From Amoebophrya sp. A120 (lineage: Eukaryota; Protista; Dinoflagellata): a stretch of 64,000 bases of DNA. Positions 25,482 through 38,339 of this stretch are shown one piece after another. Below the pieces are notes generated by a model. The model was not told the origin of the DNA, searched no databases, and worked only from the letters and a program-made list of their open reading frames with translations. Location: assembly GCA_905178155.1 (NCBI GenBank), contig CAJINV010000012.1, positions 2,997,412-3,061,411 on the forward strand. Reading direction: 5' to 3'. The translations under genes and the position numbers were made by a program. The stretch's first letter is position 1, and each line of letters starts with the position of its first letter.

Positions 25482-28400
25482 TTATTTCTTCTTTCGGTTC
25501 TTTGCAAACGGGGACGGCAATGCAGCTGCACCGTCTTCTTCGTCTTCCGGACTTGTAGTGGCCATAAGAGTGGACGATTTGCTGTGATACAGGTTATTCC
25601 CCCTCTGATGCTCGTCGTTGTTCCCGTGACCTAGTACGTTGCCCTCCCCGTCAAACTCGGTTTCCAACCCTAAAAAAGACCGGTACACCGACCCGGAAAC
25701 CGCGTCCTTCTGGGCCATGTTGGTCGTCAGGTGGATGTTGGGCACCAGCCAGGGTAAAAGCAAGATCGGGATGAACGACATCACGCTGTGAATCAAGGCC
25801 GCGATCCAGAGATTTTTGAACTGCGCCGACTCCCCCTCTTCCGCCCGTGGGTGAATAGATAAGAAATCCAACACCACCGCCCCGTTCGCCCGTCCCTGCG
25901 CAAATCCCATAAGCGTAACCGAATGCAACAAAGCGAACATGACGGCTTCGAGTCTTCGCGGGCAGAGTAGCGACATCAGCGCGAAGAACGACATCAGAAA
26001 CCACACGTGCGTGAACTCGTACACCGCGGCGGACATGTATCCTGAGTAAAAACATCCCCACACCAGAGTCAAGATGGGGATTTTGCAACACAAACGGAGA
26101 ACTTTTGGGGTCACGCGTCACAAGTTGCAGTCCGTAGTGTAGTGCAGGTTAGCATGTGCAGCCGCATCACAGATTCATCTGCTCATCCTGTTCACAGCAT
26201 CACAAATTCCAAAACACGACTGGGAATGGTTCTCATGGGGATGCGCATTACAAGTCTTCCTGTCTTTGCAAATCTGCATTACAACTCTGGTGTGGGTACG
26301 TTTTTACTCAGGATAGCATGAGGATCAAAAACTGGTCCATCGCGGGCGTGGGAATGACGCGGGAGAACTGCAGCGCTATGGATGTGTCAGAGTTGAAATC
26401 GACAAAGTTGAAATAATTTGTCATGCATAAAATGGATGCCACTTGGAACCCAGTTTTCAAGTGGCGCATGACAAATTTCGGTGGTCCCTCAATCCAGTTT
26501 GTCATGCTGTTTAGGCAAAGAAAAGCGATTTTCTCATGCTACTTTACCAGCTCGATCTGTAACCCCAAACAGGCTGACAATCGGCCTCACTTGCCTGCTC
26601 TGCAACACACGTACCTCGGGTCATGCATTTTATGCATTACAAATTATTTCAACTTTGACGATTTCAAACCTGACACTTCCATAAGCGCCCCCGCCAGGTT
26701 ACAAACCATCGCGATCGCGGAGGACGTATCAAATGCAAAAATGTCTGGGTCTGGAGGCGTGCAAGATTTGTGATGCAGTTTTTCCATGACCCTTGAGGCC
26801 TGGAATGCAGAGCCTAGCATGACAAACGCTGTGAGGTGTCTATCATGCCTATCCTGCATGAGAAACTCCCTGTCAAACTGCTCAAAAGTGGACGTCTTTT
26901 GGTAATCATGCAACACAAATTTTTGCCTGCTTCAGATTCAGCATGACAAGTTGCATTCTTCCAGACCCAGACATTTTTGCATTTGATAGGACGCGTACAT
27001 TAAAGTGTACACCCGCACGTTCTGCATGTAGCTGGAGTAGAACCAGAACCCGAACAGGTTCATCACGTTGGAGAAGAGCGGGAGCCAGGTCGCGACGAAC
27101 ATGGTGGAGAAACCCGGGCTATCAACTGCAAATCTCCGTGGAAAGATAGCAAGACTTGTGATGCAGGTTTTCCATGACCCACGAGCTTTGTGATACAGAA
27201 CCTAGCACGACAGATTCTGCGGAATCTCTCCCATGCCACTCCTGCATGAGAAACTGTCTCTCAACTTTGTCAAAAGTGGACCACAACTTTTGGTATTCAT
27301 GCAACACAAATTTCTCCACGATCCAAATTTAGCATCACAACTTTACATGTCATCAGACCCAGACATACTTGCATTTGATACGGGCCTTCCGGGTACTGCT
27401 CCTTGCTGTCGATCATGAAGTAGAAGACCGCGCCGTCGATCGTGAAGGTGAAAAAGGTGCCGAAATAGAAGAACACCACCACCTTATCCCGTGGAAAAAC
27501 GTCCCCACGCCATATTCAAGATGGGGAATCGGCAAGACAAATCTACAAGCTTTGGCTGTTCTGCATGACAAATTTGGGCTCGTAGTGTAGTGTTGTTTGA
27601 GCTAGCTCAACAGCATCACAGATCTCGTGTACCATGCTGATTGTAGCATGACAAATTCCAAAACACAGCGAGAAAATGCTTCTCATGGGGCCCCGCATGA
27701 GAAACATTTTCACCATGCAGATTTGCGTTACAACTATGGGGTGGGCACGTTTTTAGATACGATACACCTTCGCGATGACCGGGGTGAGGACGGAAGCGGC
27801 AACCCCGATGGCGGAAATCGACATGAGGAAGGAAATCAGACAGGTGTTTAAAGGGGTGAGCTTCGCGATGGACAGAACAATCATCCCCACGGAAACGCCG
27901 ACGATGTAGAGGGAGAGAAAAACAATTTCGTTCGGGATCCGGGACTTCTCTTCAAGTTCCCCTGCAACGGAGCTTCGGGCGCCACCGCCGGCGGACGAGT
28001 ACCCGGTCTGGTCTTCGGGAGCGGTTTCCGTTGCGGAGTGGTCTGTTAGTATAAAAAAAGGATTTATTTTTCACCGCCTACAATTGGGCGCGTCGTGTGC
28101 TTTGTCTTATGCAACAGTTCGTCGACTAACGGAAGTACCGAACAAAAGTTGATGCAAAAAGGAAACATGTTCTTCTTCGACTAGTTAGATCATCCTACAA
28201 TTTCTCAGAAAAAACTACTTCGCTGTAGCTCACGCTATACTTCTATACCTTGCAAATAAGCCCCCGGCGCCTCTTCATCTCTCCTTTCCCGAAACGGCAC
28301 ATAGGTCGTTCCGACCGCGTCACCCGGCAACACCGCGCCGGTCGTCATCGCGTTTGCGCGGTCCTTATCAAATGTAAAAATGTCTGGGTCTGGAAGATTG

Positions 28401-31400
28401 CCAGGTTTGTCATGCACATTTTGCATGACTCCTGATGTCTGTGATGCATGCCCTAGCATCACAGATTTTGTGAGGGCTTCCGGATGCCTATACCGCATGA
28501 CAAATGCTCTTTCCGTGTAGCAAAACTTAGACTCTCTTTGCTGCTCATGCAATACAGATTTTTTTAGAATCCAAAATCAGCATGACAAGTTGGATTCTTC
28601 TAGACCCAGACATTTTTACAGTTGATAGTCCTCGTCTTGGTTGCTCGTGCCCACGTTGTTCGCGAGTCTCCCCTATCAAATGCCAATATGTCTGGGTCTG
28701 GAAGATGTCGTGCTGTTTTTGCATGACACAGAAGGTCTGGCATTGAAGGCCCAGCATCACAGGTTTCGAGAAGGTGTCGCAATGCCTAATCCGCATGACA
28801 AATCCCCCCTTTGGTCGTGACAGGAAGTGGGCATCTTTTGCTGCCTATGCATGAGAGATTTGTGTGTGTTGTGAAATTCGCATCACAACTTCACATCCTT
28901 CCAGACCCAGACATATTTGCAATGCATATCCCCTTCCGCCCCGCGTCCTCCATAAAAATGTCCTCCCCGTCGTCCTTGCCCTCCCGGAGCCAGCCGAGAA
29001 GGAAGGGGATCAGAGAAACGACGCACAAACCCCCAATCGCGTACATGGGGAGGAAGTGCCCATACCGCTCGATCATCCACCCGATCAAGCCAATGGCGAG
29101 TAATTGCCCGATCATGTTGTGCGTCCACGAGAACATGATCACGTGCGGCCCACTATCCTCAGTAAAAACGTCCCCACCCCATACGTCAAGTTGGAATCTC
29201 TGCAGCACAAATCCAGAAGTTTTGGGAATCACGCATGACATAAACAGACTGTGCAACTACGGGACATGACAAGTTTCTCGCTGTATTGTAGTGCTGGTGA
29301 GCAAGGGAAGCCGCATGACAAAGCCGTCCCCTTATCCTGTTTGCAGCATTACAAATGCCACAACACGACTGAAAATGCCTCTCTTGGGGATGCGCATTAC
29401 AAGTGTGCCTGTCCTTGCAATTCTGCATGACAACTCTGGGGTGGGGACGTTTTTACTTAGGATACCCGCACTTGGGTCGTTTCCGGATGATGTCCGTGTA
29501 CCTCGCGTCCATAAACAGCCCGCAGATCGTATCACTTCTAAAAACGTCCCCACCCGCAGAGTTGTAATGCAACTCTGCATGCTGAAAATGTTTCGCATGC
29601 GGAGACCCACGAGAAGCAGTCTCTGTTGGTGTTTTGCGATTGGTGATGCTCAAATCCGCACGGTATGCTAGATCTGTGATGCTGCTCCACTAGCTACACA
29701 AGACTACACTGCGAGCCCAAATTTGTCGTGCGAAACAGCCAAAGCTAGCAGATTTGTGTAGCAGATTTGCCATTTTGACTCTGGGGTGGGGACGTTTTTG
29801 CTCACCATAGATCGCGTTCTGCAAAAACCCGGCGCTCAGCGCGAAAACAAAAACCATCACCGGAATGGCGGATTCCCGCAGGTACTGGTTGCTCTCACTC
29901 GGAGACTATGCACTGCAAACATGTCTGGGTCTGGAAGGATGCGGGATTTGTCATGCTAGTCGGGCATGACACTAAGCTCTGTATTGCGTCACCGCGAAGA
30001 GCTCCACCTCTTTTGTGTCATGCGAAGTGGCTGCTTCTCATGCGGAATGCGCAACACAGAGCTGCGGAAAAATCTGTCATGCCTGGCAGTGCGTTACACC
30101 AGTGTGCTTTCTTTTCACTGACATGCATCACAAATTTCCAGACCCAGACATATTTGCAATTGATAGAGACTTGAAGCTCGACTTCTCCCGGTCGTGCTCA
30201 TACAGGCCGTTCTATCAAAAGGAAAAATCCCCCTTCCCCATATCAAAGACGAAATTTGTGATGCTGTATTTGAGTACACAAGTCGACTTGTAATGCTAGA
30301 AGGGCGAGAGACGCAGCTGTGGCCTCGGTTGCAGGCAATTTGTCATGCTGTTTCCCACTTCCAGCTGCCCCCTGTCATGCTGAAGATGCAAGGCTTTCCC
30401 ACGCCAACCAGCACTACAGTCCGCATCTTTTCTCTTCTAGCATGACAAAGCTGATTTGTGGCCACAAATCTGCATCACAAATTTCTAGTTTGAGTATGGG
30501 ATGGGGGGACTTTTCACTTTGATACGTTCCCGCGGATGGCCGCGTAGAAAATCTATCAACTGCAAAAGTGTCTGGGTCTGGAAGATTTCAAGATTTGTCA
30601 TGCATATTTTCCATGACCCATGAGGTCTGATATGTAGGACATAGCATGACAGGCTCTGCGGGTCCTTTCCAATGCCTACCCTGCATGAGAAACTGCCTCC
30701 CGACTAGCTCAAAAGTGCGCAACTTTTCTTGGCAATCATGCAACACAGTTCTTTGCCTCCTTCAGATTTAGCATGACAAGTTTTAATCTTCCAGACCCAG
30801 ACACTTTTACATTTGATAAAATCGCGGAAATCGCAATCACGCTCGAGAAGAGACAAAACGGCAACTTTCGGTGGACAAAGGGCAGAGACTCCGACATGAT
30901 CCCCCACAGCGGCTGGAACATGAAGACGCCGGAAAGAATGTTGTGGTAGATCTGCGTCCGGGGGCCGTCGATCCCGTAAAACCGCATGCCAAAGTCGAAA
31001 CACCGGTAGGTCATGGCGTAGGCCGCGCCGCGGAGCGTGATGGCAGTGATAGAGATCAAAGCGGTTAACCGCCACCCCAGGATCCGCTTGGAACGGCTGA
31101 TGTTATTAATATTGTGTACAATTTTATTCGGTTGTACAAATTTTGAAATCGATGATACATTGCGTTTTTGATATTCACTACGCAGCCTAGCATGTAGTTG
31201 CGTTCGGAAATAAAATAAAATAAAGGGTGTTGGACCAAAAATATCTACTACTTTTGATTTACGCCAGTGGTCAATTAGAATCTCTTTGAACAAACATCGT
31301 AAACAACCACGATGAAATCAATCACAAATCAATACTTGTAGAATTTCCAGGGGTTCATCGCGTCAAAATTTAGTATCCCGCCTATCGTAAGGAAAAATCC

Positions 31401-31856
31401 CCCCTCCCCATATTGAAAAGGTATGTTTCCGAAAATTTGCGTTGCTGATTTGAGGTCGCAGATCGCATTTGTCTTGCAAGAAGAGAAGGGCAGAAGCTTC
31501 CGCCCCATTGTGGAAGCGATTTGTCATGCTGTTGGGGCTAAAGGGGAGCCGTCTGCCATGCTGAACAACTAGACCCGTACGCCCCTACCTAGCCTGGGGA
31601 TCTGGCCGCAATGCCTCTCTGCAATACAAAGCTGATTTGTGTACACAAATCCAGCATCAGAAATTCCGTTTTGATATGGGGAGGGGGGATTTTTCATCTT
31701 GATACCGCCGGGCTCCGCGTCCGCCGGCTCCGGATCCGTCTCATACTGGGTCGAAGCCTCCGCGTGGGTCTTCACCGGCTGCTTCTGCGCATTGAGGGCT
31801 TTGGCGTCGAGCAGGGCGTCCTCCTCATCGGACACGACGCTGTCCTCCGCCACCAT
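25482..31856 (-). CDS. BT1-family folate/biopterin transporter, MFS (16 exons)
   Basis: FMFQPLWGIMSESLPFVHRKLPF matches the BT1 PW..KP..G..SD..P motif; many TM segments; 13 introners plus GT-AG introns 31097-31335 and 28043-28248; stop at 25482. Confidence 0.82.
26038..26315. mobile_element. Introner, family C
   Basis: DR acatg/gcatg. Confidence 0.88.
26377..26683. mobile_element. Introner, family E
   Basis: Long TIR tatggatgtgtcagagttgaaatcg / cgatttcaaacctgacacttccata; DR agcgc. Confidence 0.9.
26727..26988. mobile_element. Introner, family A
   Basis: DR ggacg. Confidence 0.9.
27120..27380. mobile_element. Introner, family A
   Basis: DR cgggc. Confidence 0.85.
27485..27764. mobile_element. 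Introner, family C
   Basis: DR cacct. Confidence 0.88.
28366..28627. mobile_element. Introner, family A
   Basis: DR gtcct. Confidence 0.9.
28674..28928. mobile_element. Introner, family A
   Basis: DR tcccc. Confidence 0.9.
29154..29464. mobile_element. Introner, family C
   Basis: DR cccac/cccgc. Confidence 0.88.
29530..29809. mobile_element. Introner, family C (opposite orientation to 18784)
   Basis: DR gatcg. Confidence 0.88.
29907..30165. mobile_element. Introner, family A
   Basis: DR gagac. Confidence 0.9.
30213..30524. mobile_element. Introner, family B
   Basis: DR cgttc. Confidence 0.88.
30554..30818. mobile_element. Introner, family A
   Basis: DR aaatc. Confidence 0.9.
31383..31704. 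mobile_element. Introner, family B
   Basis: DR ccgcc. Confidence 0.92.
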
Positions 31857-34386
31857 TTTGTGACGGTTTTTTCGTTACTGCTCACAAAAACTATTCGGGG
31901 TTCTTTATCAGGTGAAAGTTAGTTAGTTACTAAAAATAAGACCTATGGTGATGACAAGAAAGTTGGAATGAGGGACTTTAATCCAAATAGTTGAAATGGT
32001 GAATAAATTAGCAAATTATTGAGGAAAATTACAAAAATGCAGGTCCCTGCTCTACTCGATGCGGCAAAACAAAAGGTATAATATTACCGCAGCAGAGCAA
32101 TAGGCAGAGATGAAAGAGGAGGACCTGGCGATAACGACAGCGACAGTGAAAATAAAAAGTATCCCTATCGATAGAAGTACTTCCGAGGACGACAAACGAG
32201 TGAGGACGACGAGTAAACTCAAAATAGAACCCTAAATCCATAAACCCTTCCAACCCTTCTAAACCCTTTTCGACGCTGGCGAAGGAACCGGGCCGTAGGA
32301 AGATGAATCGGGGGAGAAGAACAGGAAACCGCACTGATCAGAGAGAGTGTGCACAAAAACGCATGGTAAGACCTAAAGGTTCTAACTCAAGCAAAATACC
32401 CACATAGGACACCGGAGGGTGTCATGTCCCAGACCACAAAAAATCCTGCTTGGTGCCAGTAGGGCCCGGGGAAAGCAAAAGAGCAGCACAAGGAAGGAAA
32501 AGTAAAATCTACTTTCAAAGAGCGCTAATAAAGCCTTTTGCTCTGATCCGTCCGGGTGTGCACTCCCATCTGGTTCTAAAGCTTCAGCAGTGCTGAGAGC
32601 GCTCCGACCCTAAACCTCCTGGCCAAAGCCAAAAGATCTACGTACGTATGCGCACGGGCAAGGCAGGAACATCGCCTGATGTGGACGATGTTCCTAAACT
32701 AAAAACAAAAAACGACTCTCGGACCGGAGGTAGCCTCACGGTAGTCGATGCGAGCGAAGGGCGCGAGGAGCGAAGCGAGAGCGAAAGCGAGAATGAGAGC
32801 GAAATCGAGACGAGAGCGAAAATCGAGGACAAAAATCGAGAATCGAATTCGAGGATCGAGAGATTATAGGATGGAATCGACAAAACCGAATATGCGCTCG
32901 ATGATGAAACGGACACGCGAACAATATCGAAAACGAGATATCGAAAACGAGAAGTCTCTCTTTTCTCGTAGACGAAGCGAGAGAGAGAGAAACTCACATA
33001 TCAGGATGTTGCAATTTTACATCCATGTTTTTCATTTTGATTTTGATATACCAAAAAAGTCAAGCAGGTCAAAAGTTTCAACAAGTCAGAAGGCATTTTT
33101 ATAAATTGTGATCAGCCCAGATATCATGCATAAGCACAGTGTCATGTTAGTTATGTCGGAGGCGACAGAGGGCATGTTGCATAGGAGGACAGAGTTCGCA
33201 CAAAAATACAAAACGCATACATGGTCCGAGGACGACAAACGAGTGAGGACAACGAGTAAACGAAAATAGGATGCGAGCGTCGATACGAGAATATAATGCA
33301 GGTCCAGTACGAATAGATTGCGAATTGGGAACAACAACAAGCGAGCTTGTTTTAGTAGTAAGTTCCGATGGACGAAACCGAAAGTAATTGCCACGAAAAT
33401 GGACGAGGACCGACATAGTATCATAATGTCAACAATTTTTCACCGCAATAAATCATCACCGAATAAGATAGATTGATGAAGGTGCAAACACCCCTGACTG
33501 TGTCTAGCAGTGGTAGTTGTGTCACCATTCGAAGTAGACCGAAATGAAAGGACAAGAACAACTTCTCTCAAGAACATAAATTATCTCTACAGCTAGACCG
33601 ACGTTCACAGTACATCGTGGGTCGTCGTCTTCAACAAGAAACCGAGACTTGTGTTGCGTACGTGCGAAAGGATATCCGAGTGACCAGTTTTTGCGACGAG
33701 TCGTGTTTTTTTTTTCGAGTCGTCGTGCTTCTTAGCATATTGAGATGACCGAAAAACAGTGTAGGAGAACGCTACCAGTTCGAAGGACCTGGCGGCACCA
33801 ATTCTCGCCGCGGTTCTGCTTATAGCAGCATCGTGCGACGGCGAACAGTGTATCGTGCTGCTCCGAAGATGTGGTGTTTTTTACGACCTAGAATTTTCTC
33901 GCCTTTGTTTTATTTTACGTCGATCAGGATCATTTGCTGCGGCATAGAAAAATCAGCGCGTGGTGTGGTACCCGGAAGTTTTCAACTTTATCCTGCTCCT
34001 CGTCTCATGCGAACGTTCCTTTCGCATGCTTCTGTTTTTGCCTGGCATGATGAAAAATTCCTAGTGTAGAAGTGTTTGAACCCTACCTGCGGAAGGGTAG
34101 TTGTGTGGTCTGGAGCTGAGCAATGCCGAGCATTTGTAAAACTTTAGTTAGTAAGGTTTGTAGATCTCATCTCCTACATTGGAGACCGGGTCGCGAGCGC
34201 TCGCAGACACTATAACGCTTGGTTCCAAGAAGTAAAAGCGAAAAAATATCTCGTTCGTTAATATCGTTTTTGTTTTTGTTTCGAGTAGCCTTGATGAAAT
34301 TTGTCTTCAAAGCTGAATTTCATCTCGAGGGCGTTGGTTTTTTTCAGTTACAAGAAGGTAAAAATTTCATCAGGGTCGTTGTGTAC

Positions 34387-36571
34387 TCATAAACAATTGC
34401 CGAGATGGCCTCCTCCAGTTGTGCTACTCTTCTGCCCCACGTCCTCACGCGCGGATTCTTCTGCTGCTGCTCCTCTGTCCACTACAGTCTGCAAAATTTC
34501 GGAAACGGACCGCACGGTGTAGTGTTCCTCTACCACCAATTTGTACAGGATTTTATCTAACGCTTCCAGCAGGTGCTGCCGCCGCGAGCGCTCCGGCATG
34601 TGCGTGATCAGAATGCTGATCGGGGCGGTTGGATTATTGCGATTTTTGCTGACGTTGTTGTCGTTATTACTACCACGAACCCTTTCTTGATTCTTATCAC
34701 TCCCATTGTATCTCCGCCAGTTCTTTGCCACTTGTTTCAGCGTCGCCTCGGCCACCCAATCCGCGTCTTTCACCATCAGGTCGTCGCAGTACGTGTCCCC
34801 GAGAATGTGCAGCATCTGGTGTCTCCGAAGCACTTCCGACATCGCCCCACTGTACATCGCGCTGGGGCTGCGGAAAAGGTCGATGCGCCGCTGGACAAAA
34901 CGCTTAGACTTTTGTTTTTCATCCAACATTTTCTTGTTGTTGGCAACATCAACTACATCTTCACGAGGATCCTCCTCCCCAGCAGGAGCCCCACCCGGCA
35001 ACAGGTACTTTTCCAGTGCTGTGTTACACTGCAACAGACTTTTTTCGAATTCGTCCTTGCTCAGCCGGTGCATGGGCTTGTCCACCAGTCCGTGGTTCGC
35101 CATTTCGTGTCCGTCTCGGACTAGTCTTTTCAGGTCTCTATCTGCGTTTGCGTACTCCAAATGGGCCTCCACGAGAAAAAAGGTTGCCGTCGCATTGTAC
35201 TTTTTCAAGAGGTCGAAAACCGGAGTATCAAAAGGAAAAATCCCCCCTCCCCATATATATTGACCAGGCACGTTTTCGAAAATTTGCGCTGCTGATTTGT
35301 GGCCACAAATCGTCTCTGTGTTGCATGAAGGCAACCCCATAGACAGCCGCCGCATTCTACAGGCGGTTTGTCATGCTGTTGCACCTCCTACAGCGTAGAC
35401 GTCTATCATGCAAAGCGCCCAGGCCAAAACCTGTGGTCTACTCAGGCTTGATATGGGCCTGCAGTGGTCCTTGCCAGCAAGACAAATCTGATTTGCGTAC
35501 ACAAATCCAGCATCAGAAACTTCGTTTTGATATGGGGACGAGGGGGGATTTTTCGTTCTGATACTCCGTGGCAAGGCACTCGTCCGGGTCCACCGGGTTG
35601 CTGCACAGTCCGTCGTCATGTGCATTGCAAATATGTCTGGGTCTGGGAACTTGTAATGCTAGTCGCGAAAGACGAGGACGCCTCATTTGACAGGCAAGCA
35701 TGACAAGTTTTGGAGGTGCTACAGTCTTGGCTTTTCTGCATGAGAAAGTGAGCTTCTGCATGACAGAAAAGTGGGACTTGTGGGTAATGTGCATGACAGA
35801 CTTGAGAGTCATTTCCGACAAGCATGACAAACCTTGGATCTTTCCAGACCCAGACATATTTGCAGTTCATACGTCAATTGTGAGGGCGATGAATTTTGGC
35901 TCAGCTTCTACTTCTCCTGCAAGAACATCATCCTGTCCCTGTGCAATAAAATGTTGAACGGGGCTCTTCATTAAAGAACCCCCAGACTTTGCTTGCGAAT
36001 CTGCTGCTTGGTCCTCGACTTCTTCCACCGCCGCATGCTCAACATCCTCTACTTTTTGCGACGACGAGGGGGGTTCTGGAGCTGCTCCGCCTATGCCTGC
36101 CTCGTCAGGGCGACCGCTCGGGGCCGCGGGGCAGAAGATTTCGGCAACGAGGGGGTAATTCTCCTGCAAAACAGGTGGTCGCTCGATGCGATTCAGCGTG
36201 TTCCCGTCCCGGTAGCTTGGAAGCAGCTTCAGCCAGTTCACCGGAGGCGGCAGCGGCGTCCAATCCACAACTTTGTGGACCAAGCGAAACATGGGTTTTC
36301 GTGTCTGGGGCTGTCGCTCGTGGGGATACTTTCTGTACAGAGCACCAGGGGGAGTCGTTTTAATATCTTCTTCAATACTACTTTCTTGTTCTTCACCACC
36401 AGCCGCGGTTTTTATTTCATCATCTACAGGGGACGACAGAGTTGTAGTAGTCGTGTTCTGAAGAAGCTGATGTTGAACAAATTTGGTTGCCTGCGATCCC
36501 TCTAGTAAAGATGTCCAGCTGCTCAAGGTGGTGATTACTACAGCATTCGTTAGTGTTACTCTTTTCAGCAT
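34387..36571 (-). CDS. NodB/CE4 polysaccharide (chitin-type) deacetylase with putative signal peptide (3 exons)
   Basis: Spliced FIALTIDDG (motif 1), LLKKYNATATFFL, GHEMANHG, LFRSP, ILITH; hydrophobic N-terminus. Confidence 0.88.
35226..35563. mobile_element. Introner, family B, with inverted rather than direct flanks
   Basis: B-type TIR; flanks cggag / ctccg. Confidence 0.85.
35619..35871. mobile_element. Introner, family A
   Basis: TGT...ATA; DR cgtca; splits the TIDD motif. Confidence 0.88.
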
Positions 36572-38339
36572 CTTTTTCTCCTAGGTTGTGTTTGAGGTGT
36601 AGTTTTTCGACGAAAATTTTTAAATAATTTTCTACTTCTAATTCTATTGCGTGTTAAGATTAAATTTCGACGATGAAGACCCGGAATCTGCTACAGCTAT
36701 GTAAAAAGGGAGCAGGTAAAACTCAAGAAAAAAGAAATGCGAGTCAAAGGAGAGGCTAATTGCCAATCGGTAGTTGGTGGTGTTTAACCTCTGGTGTTGA
36801 ACACGACCCGCACAGAGCTGTATTTTTCAACTGGAATTATCGTGATGTAGTTGCTTTATTATTGGTTCAAGACGAGGCTTTGCTTTATTTCTTGATAAGG
36901 TTAATCTTCCGAGCTAAGTATACGTATCTTATCCTCCGCCGGCCATGTTCTTGACCATCATAATTGGTGAACTTATTTTGATACCGAGTGGAGATGAGTC
37001 GATTTTTGACCGAGAGAAGGAAAGTACCTTACATATGCTGGCATCGTGCCGTCGTGCAGTCACAAATTCTGCTCGAAGTACCCATTTTTGTTCTGCTGCG
37101 ATCACAGGTAGAAGAAGTTCTTCGCAAAACTACCGAGCCGAGTAAGTATGAAGATGATCAAGCGTGCATTTTTACAATCGATTCGCTCATGATCGGCATT
37201 ACTTGGCTACTTTCTTCATCGACAGATCTGCACGCGTTACCTAGTACGTCATCCTCCATAAGACCTCTAGACGGCGAAAGGAGAGGCGATAGAATACATT
37301 TTCCGAGACCAGCACGAAGATCTTCAGAATACTAAACGGATCTTCCTCTGCTCTTCAGAATCAACGATCTTCCACTGCTTATTGATCATGGTAAGTGCCA
37401 TTTCTCGCCTTATTTCTCCACCGAATTTTTAAAGAAGCTCGCCTTCATCTTCGACCAGTGTCCTCCTGAACAGCAGAAACTACCAACTTGCAACTCCAAA
37501 TTTACTATAGCCTTAATTTCCGCGGCCGTGGCATTATAGTACTTCTTTTTCCTAGTAGCGAGGAACAATCAAATGCTGGGCGGAGTTCTTCTCGTTCAAA
37601 AATCTTACACGAAGCAGTGCTGCGAAAAAGTAGTTCCTGGCCCGGACACACCAGCACGTGCAGTCCTGCCACCGGATTATAGATCATACCTAAGACCCTG
37701 TGCAGCTCTCTCGTCGTCGTCCGTAGCGCGTGCTGTTCTCGTCGTCCCCGGCCGCGCAGGGAATTTGTTCTGTCGGGTTCTGACTCTGTTGTAAGTAAAA
37801 CTTGTATAACAGGAAAATAAAGCGGAGATTTGATTTTTACATTAAACTCCATCATACACGTGTGGAGAATTAGAATTACAATTAGTCTCCCTGATTTGTT
37901 GTTGCATTAGCGCTAATCATTTCTTTGATATCTGTCTGAAAATTTATTTCTAATTGAATTTTACACTATGACTTCACGTCACGAAAAGGTTACCAGATAA
38001 AAGCGTTCTTTAGTTGTTTTCCACCAAGCGGAAACCACCAAAGGAGAGAAATACGAAAAACATCCTTCGAGGACGGAGGGCCGAGGACCCCTTCTAATCT
38101 CTTTGCTCGAAAACCACCTGCAGGGGCTGCGCAAGGAGCTCGGAATACGCAAATTCTCGAAGAAGGCTTCCTTTCATTTCTCCGCATCTACTTTTCATTT
38201 TTACACAACAACTTTTCTCAAACTGATAAAGACGCCACGTCCTTTTGTTTTTGCAAGCAAAAACAAATCTACCACTACTACCTGCCCGTCCAGGGGCAAG
38301 TTCAGTTCAGTTCAGTTCTACGCTTTAGTGGAGTGGAGT

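Noticed and set aside
21000-31700. Regularly spaced repeats with short unique spacers, superficially like a CRISPR array or integron cassettes
   Set aside because: The repeats are inverted pairs bounding 150-340 bp elements and the spacers are in-frame exons. No cas or integrase genes are present and the context is eukaryotic.
35890-35905. ATTTTGGCTCAG, resembling the dinoflagellate spliced leader
   Set aside because: Only a partial match, and it lies antisense within a coding exon (EAEPKFI).
38120-38140. CTGCGCAAGGA, identical to part of the U6 ISL
   Set aside because: No ACAGAGA box or other U6 context. It shows such short matches arise by chance, which also tempers the 15091-15360 candidate.
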